This document shows, piece after piece, positions 57,298 through 64,000 of a DNA stretch of 64,000 nt (position 1 is the stretch's first letter; the number at the start of each line of letters is the position of its first letter). Location of the stretch: NCBI GenBank assembly GCA_964016885.1, contig OZ024743.1:317316001-317380000 (forward strand), in the 5' to 3' direction. Origin of the DNA: Eledone cirrhosa (Eukaryota). Below the pieces are notes generated by a model, which was not told where the DNA came from, made no database searches, and worked only from the letters and a program-made list of their open reading frames with translations. The position numbers were made by a program, and so were the translations under genes.

Positions 57298-59870
57298 TAT
57301 AACAGGACACTGGGTTGTATGTACAATATTTATTTAACAAGGTTGAGCTATGTAGAGTAGAATAGTTGACATGCCAAGAGAGATGAAAGGATGAATTAAA
57401 GTTATTTGTTTACCGTTTTGAAGTCATCGCGCAAGAGACCAAGAGGTCTTTACATTACTATGTTCAGGTTGCCAGAGAGTATACCCTCGTCGGAACGCAC
57501 CTGGCCGAAGGGCCAGGCATTTAAAAGAGAGGGAGATAGCTCTCAGCTCTCTCCTTCATAGGGTCCCTGGACAGAAGTGACAAAGAAGGTTCTGCCACCT
57601 CAACGGGAAGAAACTCCAGCTACTTCCTGTCTAGAGAGCGCTACTGGTGATGTGATCATCATAACAAGGGAGGCAACTCTTGCTACATTACCCCCCGCCA
57701 GATTTTTAAAACATAAAAATCGAATCAACCATGTATGAAGTAAGATGGCGAGCATGTAACACCAAAGTCCAGGCATGAAGATTACAAAAAAAAAATAATG
57801 TTTGCAATAAAGGCATGCAAAAATCAATGATAGATATCAAGGTAGCCAACCGCTCTTGGCCAGAGAACGACTGGACATCTATCTATCCATCACACAAAGA
57901 TACAATGTAATCAACCTAAAAGAAGAGGTCAAAGGAGCAAAGAAACGTGCTCGAACATAGTTATTAAAAAAAAATTCAAATGTTCAAAAATAAAGTTCAC
58001 AGGTGTGCAATCACATGACAGCAGGAAAGAGAGTGTGTTCCAGAAAATGTATGCAGGTGGTTTCTGGACAGTGGTACAATGTGAAATTCCCAACCTCCAA
58101 AGGCGGTGGGATTTTCTCACAGGAAGAGTGCTGCAAAAATAAATTCTCTGTTTTCTTCTGCTGGTTTTGGTTGTTGATAAAGCAAAGATGAAGCTGTGTT
58201 GTTGTTGTTGATGTTGTGTCTCGCGGAGTGAGCCTATTCAATGTTGTTTCCATTTACAGTAAAAAGTTTCCCAGAAAAAATGAGTTGCGCAAAGTGCTAG
58301 AAATAACAGCCAAAGTTGATGGTCGATGTTGAGAACGCGTTGACTTGGGTGGGTCAAGAGGCCAGCTACCATAGAAATAATCATTCTGAATAAATGTGCA
58401 GTTTTCAACGGCAAATTTACGTGGTAAATTTTTAAACTGGCAAATAGGAGAATATAGCTTAAGGCTAGAGAATCCTTGTCAAGAAACATTATCTAAGACA
58501 TGTGTTATCTCAGCGAGTCGAGATGTGTGCTCCCACACATGCCGAAACAAGGTTAAAGTCAAGTTTTAAAAAAAATATTTCTATTGCGCGAGAAAATGGC
58601 GTGAAAATGATAGTGCAACAGGCCGTTGGCAGCCATTTTGAAAAATTTGTGTGTGAACGTATATGAGGAAAAAGAAGGAAAGGCTATATTCATTTTGTAT
58701 ATGGTGAGAGTTCAATTTCTTTTTTGGAAAGTGATGAAAAAGTAGCGAAAAAGGCTTAGTTGAATGAGTAAGCGAGCTGTGATGTTCATCAGAATTGACA
58801 TGTTGAATATAAGAATACAGGAGTCCAAATCTTTTTGAGTGTTCATTGTGAGACGGACGAAGGATATATCCAGTGATTGAAACACATTTAAACGATGTAA
58901 ACACGTGAGGTGAAAAGCAAAATTTTTTCTTGTTTGTTTGCTGCTGAGGAAAAGATTACTTATATTTTTCGTTGTAAACAAAATCCATGTGGAATGTTGT
59001 AGAAAAAAAAATCCATGTGGAATGTTGTTAGAGGAATTTTTTCTTTTTGAAATACTGCTAATTAATTTTTTTTTTTTCATTTTCACACAACACCAGATCC
59101 CATTATTTTTTTCTCGGGGTCACCAATTATAACAGCGACACTAGGTTGTATGAAATATGTTTATTTAACAAGGTTGAGCTATCATCATTCATCATCATCA
59201 TCATTTCATTTTACGTCCGCTTTTTCCCTGCTTGCAAGGGTCGGACGGGAACTGATTTTGGCTTGGTTTCTACAGCTGGATGCCCTTCCTAACACCAACC
59301 TCATTTACAGTGAGTGCTGGGTGCTTTTCTGCCGTGGCACCTGCACGACCACTTTGCAGTGGAATGATATGGACCCCAGTCCCTATTATCTCATTTCTAC
59401 AGCTGAGTAAACTGGAGCAATGTGAAATAAAGTGTCTTGCTCAAGGAAACAACACATCACCCGGTCTGAGAATTGAACTCACAACCCTTCGATTGCAAGG
59501 CCAATGCTCTAACCACGAAGCCATGTGCCTCCATGTAGAGCAGAATAGTTGACATGCCAAGAGAGATGAAAGGATGAATTAAAGTTATTTGTTTACCGTT
59601 TTGAAGTCATCGCGCAAGAGACCAAGAGGTCTTTACATTACCATGTTCAGGTTGCCAGAGAGTATACCCTCGGCGGAACGCACCTGGCCAAAGGGCCAGG
59701 CATTTAAAAGAGAGGGAGATAGCTCTCAGCTCTCTCTTTTATAGGGTCCCTGGACGAAACTGACAAAGAAGGTTCTGCCACCTCAACGGGAAGTAACTCC
59801 AGCTACTTCCTGTCTAGAGAGCGCTACTGGTGATGTGATCGTCATAACAAGGGAGGCAACTCTTGCTACA
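57298..59870 (-). mobile_element. Complete non-autonomous LTR retroelement (Gypsy-like signals)
   Basis: LTRs at 57298-57687 and 59128-59870 (the second is interrupted by a SINE). Minus-strand LTRs start TGTAGCAAG. PBS TGGTGACCCCGA (59125-59114) matches the tRNA-Trp PBS. PPT-like GGCGGGGGG precedes the 3' LTR. TSD GGAC at 57294-57297 and 59871-59874. Confidence 0.9.
59183..59532 (-). mobile_element. tRNA-derived SINE (family A) nested in the 5' LTR
   Basis: Reverse complement of the 14035 and 56608 copies. It splits GAGCTAT|GTAGAG, which is intact in the other LTR. Confidence 0.9.
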
Positions 59871-60074
59871 GGACAAGGAAAGGTTTTGGCACCAGAAAGG
59901 GCATCTGGTCATAAAACATTGCTTCAAAAAGGCCCATCATAATGTGTGGGAAGTCTTTCATGGAGCCTGCAGGACTAACTCCTTCTTTAGCATAGAAAAA
60001 ATCCCTTAAAAGGATTGTTGTTGTCAGGATATACCTAGCATGCATACATCTTGGTTCTTCAGTTCACTATTTCT

Positions 60075-60360
60075 GTGTATCCCCAGTTTAGAATACATAA
60101 ACTGTATTCCTGTATGTGCACCCAGTTTATAATAGGTACACTGTATCCCTGTGTGTTGCTGTATAGTGTGTGGTGTATGTACCCAGTTTAGAATAGGTAC
60201 ACTGTATCTTTGTGTGTTATATGGTGTGTGGTTTGTGTACATGCTGTATGGTGTATGTACCTAGTTTATAATAGGTACACTGTATCCCTGTGTGTTGCTG
60301 TATAGTGTGTGGTGTATGTACCCAGTTTAGAACAGGTACACTGTATCTTTGTGTGTTATA
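60075..60360. repeat. Degenerate relatives of the 35-bp satellite
   Basis: Repeated CCCAGTTTATAATAGGTACACTGTATCCCTGTGTG. Confidence 0.75.
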
Positions 60361-60833
60361 AGAGGCAACTAAAAGGGTTGGTGCCAGGAAAGACATCTAA
60401 CAGTAAAATGTTACCCCCTAAAAAGGAGCCCTTGATAAATATGAAGTCAATCAAGGGGTCTGTTAGATTAATCTCTATATTAGCAAGTGAACTTGCTTTA
60501 AAACTATTGCTACTGTTACTGAACTTGCTTTAAAACTATTGCTACTGTTTTGCTGTTTATTTTGATGAAATAATTTAGTTTTTTTTTTGTCAATTTTTTT
60601 CATAAACCATTTGTTGTTGTTGAGATAATGGCTATGGCATTGAGTTGCTTCACTACTGAGCATAGCAATGATGACGATGATGGTGGTGTTGATGATGATG
60701 ATGGCAGTGAAGTTGGAAGTACTTCACTTACATGGCCACTTTCATTAGTAATAAATGTCATGACATCTCATTTTCCCAATTGCCATAAATCTGTGACTTT
60801 GTGTCTATGTATGAATTATTGTTTGTCTTGTGG

Positions 60834-60874
<41 letters not shown>

Positions 60875-61121
60875 TGAAACTTCCTTTGAGTACTGCTTCT
60901 TTCTAAATCATGCTGAGTGTCAACCTGACACCCAAGGCAAAACTTGATAATACACACATTTTACAATCAATTGCTGCAAGGGCACAAACAACAGTAAATG
61001 TCCTTGCAAAGTTTTTAAATTGATAATGTCCTTCTTAGTACATGGGCAGTACCAGTCAGCACTATTTTCTGTATCTCTTGCAGTGATGGCTTTCCTATTA
61101 TTATTATTATTATTATTATTA

Positions 61122-61308
61122 GGGCGGTGGATTGGCAGTATCGGTAGGGGGTCGGACGACATGCTTTGACACATTGAGTTATGGTCCTTGCCATTCTGAG
61201 TTCAAATCCTGCCGAGGTTAACTTTGCCTGTCATCCTTACGGGGTCAATAAAATAAAGTACCAGTAATACACTGGGTAATTGCTGGCCTTGTGCCAAAAG
61301 TAGAAACA

Positions 61309-61313
<5 letters not shown>
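61122..61313 (+). mobile_element. SINE (family B) between (ATT)n tracts
   Basis: Matches 4827-5006, including the same internal deletion. Confidence 0.7.
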
Positions 61314-61341
<28 letters not shown>

Positions 61342-61737
61342 GTTATTATTATTATTATTGTTGTTATTTGTGATTGTGAATGACAGACAATATGCGCCAT
61401 TCCTACATTTTCTGAGTTCAAATCCCACCAAGATTGACTTTACCTTTAGCCCTCCCTGTACACCTGAACAAATTCTGGAACAGGTTAGGAAGAACAACAG
61501 GGAAATTAGGCAAAGCACACTTTTGTGATCTAACAACAACAAATTTTCAGGTGTAATGTTCATGTCATAACCACATGTGAACTAACCCACAAATTCTCAG
61601 GTGAAATGTTCATGTCACAACCACAGGTGAATTAACCCCCAAATTTAGGAAGTACAACCCCAATTGAAACTTAAAATCAAAATAGAAAAACAGGTAGATC
61701 CCACAAAGTCATTATTATTTAAGTGATACCCATTTAA

Positions 61738-61945
61738 CCCTTTAGCATTTAAACAAGCCATATCTGGCCAGAAGTCTCTCACCTCTTTCTGTTAAAACTG
61801 GCTGTAACTAGCCACTCATACTGATGTTAAGGTATTGTTCTGAAAATAAATAATATCAAAATCTCATAGATTCTGTATTATGTGAGGTAAAGCCATTACC
61901 GTGAAAATATAATAGAAAATATAGAGTAATGTAAATGCTAAAGGT
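61738..61945 (+). mobile_element. piggyBac-like MITE
   Basis: TTAA-CCCTTTAGCATTTA...TAAATGCTAAAGGT-TTAA. Homologous to 5513-5708. Confidence 0.75.
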
Positions 61946-62489
61946 TTAAGGAACACGCATGTACCTATAATTGTAGAGTGTGCACAACCTATTCACTGTT
62001 AAACTGCAAAACTAGTGACGTTATATTAAGTACCCCATGTTGCATAGAAAGGCAGTGCAAGGACAACACTAAACCTTATGTGGGTGAAACGGGCCACAAC
62101 ATTGGTGAAACAAATTGGAAAACAGTGTAAATATGATGAATAGAAACAGACATCCATACTTTACCAACGTGCCATACAAAAACTGAATGGATCAACAAAC
62201 AACACTGAAATATAAATACTTTCCACACATCTGTTAGACCCAACACTCTGACAGAAGCATACAAGAATTAGATTCTGAACCTACGCTCACACTCAGTAGA
62301 AAGGATGAGTGGAATAAGAATACCCTACTGCCACAAGCAGCATCACCAGCATTGTAGTAGAATAACAAAAAGAAAAAAAGATTTAAGGCAACTAAATTCA
62401 ACCACTGCACACACGCATACACATACATGCATTCATATTGGTGAACATTAAATGGTGATGATGATGACATATATATATATATATATATT

Positions 62490-62817
62490 GGTGACATGAG
62501 AAAAAAAGCACCCACCACCCTGTAAGGTGGTTATGCTGATGACACAAGAAAAAAGTACTTACTACTTTGTAAGGTGGATGTGCTGGTGACGGGAAAAAAG
62601 CACATAGTCCACCTTGTAAGGTGGTTGTGTTGTGACATGAAAAAAAAACCTCCCAGTCCACACTGAGGTTGGTATTGGGAAGGGCATCAAACTGTAGAAA
62701 CCAAGCCATAATACATATCCATTTGAGCAATACATGGTCACCTCACCTGACTCATGTGTCAACCTGTCTAATCCATGCAAGTGTGGAACAATAGATGTCA
62801 AACAGTGATGATGATGG
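62490..62817 (+). mobile_element. RTE/SINE tail fragment with tandem ~41-bp UTR units
   Basis: AAAAAAGCAC..CCACCTTGTAAGGTGG repeats, GGTTGGTATTGGGAAGGGCATC and a GAT tail. Confidence 0.65.
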
Positions 62818-63027
62818 TTATTATATATTTATATATATATATATATATCACATCATCATCGTTTAACGTCCATCTTCCACGCTAGCATAGGTTAGACCGT
62901 TTTGTTCCATTTGATGCAGGAATGGTCGGGAGGCCGTGTCTCGCTCGTATGGAAGTATCTCTGGCAGGTTTTTTACAGCTGGATGCCCTTCCTAACACCT
63001 AGGACATCCAGCTGTAAAAAAATATAT

Positions 63028-63158
63028 ATATTCATTTTATTAAGGCTGAATAGTAAGTCTTGTTACTTTCACCTGTTTATCACAGGGTCATCCTTGTGGG
63101 AAGCAGGTGAAACTCCAGAGTAACCAGACCTACTATTTAGCCTTAATAAAATGAATAT
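63028..63158. repeat. ~130-nt imperfect palindrome (hairpin)
   Basis: ATATTCATTTTATTAAGGCTGAATAGTAAGTCTTGTTACT... pairs with ...AGTAACCAGACCTACTATTTAGCCTTAATAAAATGAATAT. Confidence 0.9.
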
Positions 63159-64000
63159 TTAGGCTCTACTTCGGTATTGAATACTCTTTTCTCTCAGCCA
63201 TCGACAATGTACAGATAAATATATATATAGAGAGAGAGAAGTTCTTCAAAAGATAAGACACGCTTGATTCTGAAAGGCTAAAATGAATCACTAAAGCTGC
63301 TAAACCATGTTCCATCCATCCATCTATATCTTCCAGGTATCCCTCTATTTCCCAATTGCAAATGTTCCACTCACACTATTATTGTCGTATTTATCATTTC
63401 ACTAGCCTCCACAACACATTTATTTTTTACCCTCGTTTTCTTTTCCCATGCTGTCTCTCTACGAAGTCATCTACTCCCTTCGAAATCCTAACATTAACAT
63501 TTGGCCTTGCCTAATATAGGTACTCGTATCGGTTTATTTTGCCCTGAGATGCTATAGGCCATGATGGCTACCTATCTCACAATTCCCCTCCCGCCACCAT
63601 AGCCTATTCGACCAATCAAACCTCAGCATGTCTCCCCCACCCATTACCAACCCCAACAAACTCTGCAAGTACTACTACTACCTACCTCTCTCCTCGCCCT
63701 TCCCAGCCCCAACACATCCTGCCATTATTACCACCACTACTGTTCTTCTAGCCCTGAATTCTCCTACTGTTATGTATGGATGAGCTGAGAATAAATGGAG
63801 CAACCCTGAATTAATAAATGAATATGAATCCGCGAGCTACCAAGCACCCATGTGAAGCTTCAATTCAGAGACAGGAAGCATACACACACCCCTGCAGAAA
63901 TCGACCCTTTCCCACGAATGTTGACAAATGCTCAAAACTCTGAGTTGGTACCATCAATGTAAGCACAATGAATGGAAGAGCAGGAGAAATCGTAGAGATG

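Noticed and set aside
57688-59113. gag/pol ORFs within the LTR element
   Set aside because: Only short ORFs with no recognisable zinc knuckle, protease, RT or integrase motifs.
60488-60549. 32-bp tandem duplication
   Set aside because: An ordinary two-copy local duplication with no further structure.
56211-64000. Next ZDHHC exon (expected CSxFSPP...FEGLLF...DETGIE)
   Set aside because: I found no matching translation, including after the CTTCCAG at ~63336. It probably lies beyond the window.

Overview
AT-rich, repeat-dense animal genomic DNA. The SINE, RTE and (TA)n landscape suggests an octopod cephalopod, but that is an inference. The window holds the 5' part of one spliced + strand gene, a ZDHHC3/ZDHHC7-type DHHC palmitoyltransferase. 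Its coding exons are 8763-8803 (candidate), 11642-11957, 15988-16112, 17426-17522 (DHHC motif) and 56129-56210, and all splice phases are compatible. The remaining exons appear to lie beyond the window. The 38.6-kb intron after the DHHC exon is almost entirely tandem repeat: about 1000 copies of a 35-bp satellite with kb-scale higher-order repeats, a young RTE LINE inserted into it, and a 17-bp minisatellite. Other features are a CR1-like LINE 3' end, several PHD-finger-bearing RTE fragments, tRNA-derived SINEs, TTAA-flanked MITEs, a Helitron 3' end, a complete non-autonomous LTR element (tRNA-Trp PBS, PPT, 4-bp TSD) and hammerhead-ribozyme-like motifs. The most notable observation is that the minisatellites just upstream of two exons are tandem copies of those exons' own acceptor/exon-start sequence, with the AG removed in most copies. 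Most entries in the ORF track are repeat artefacts.
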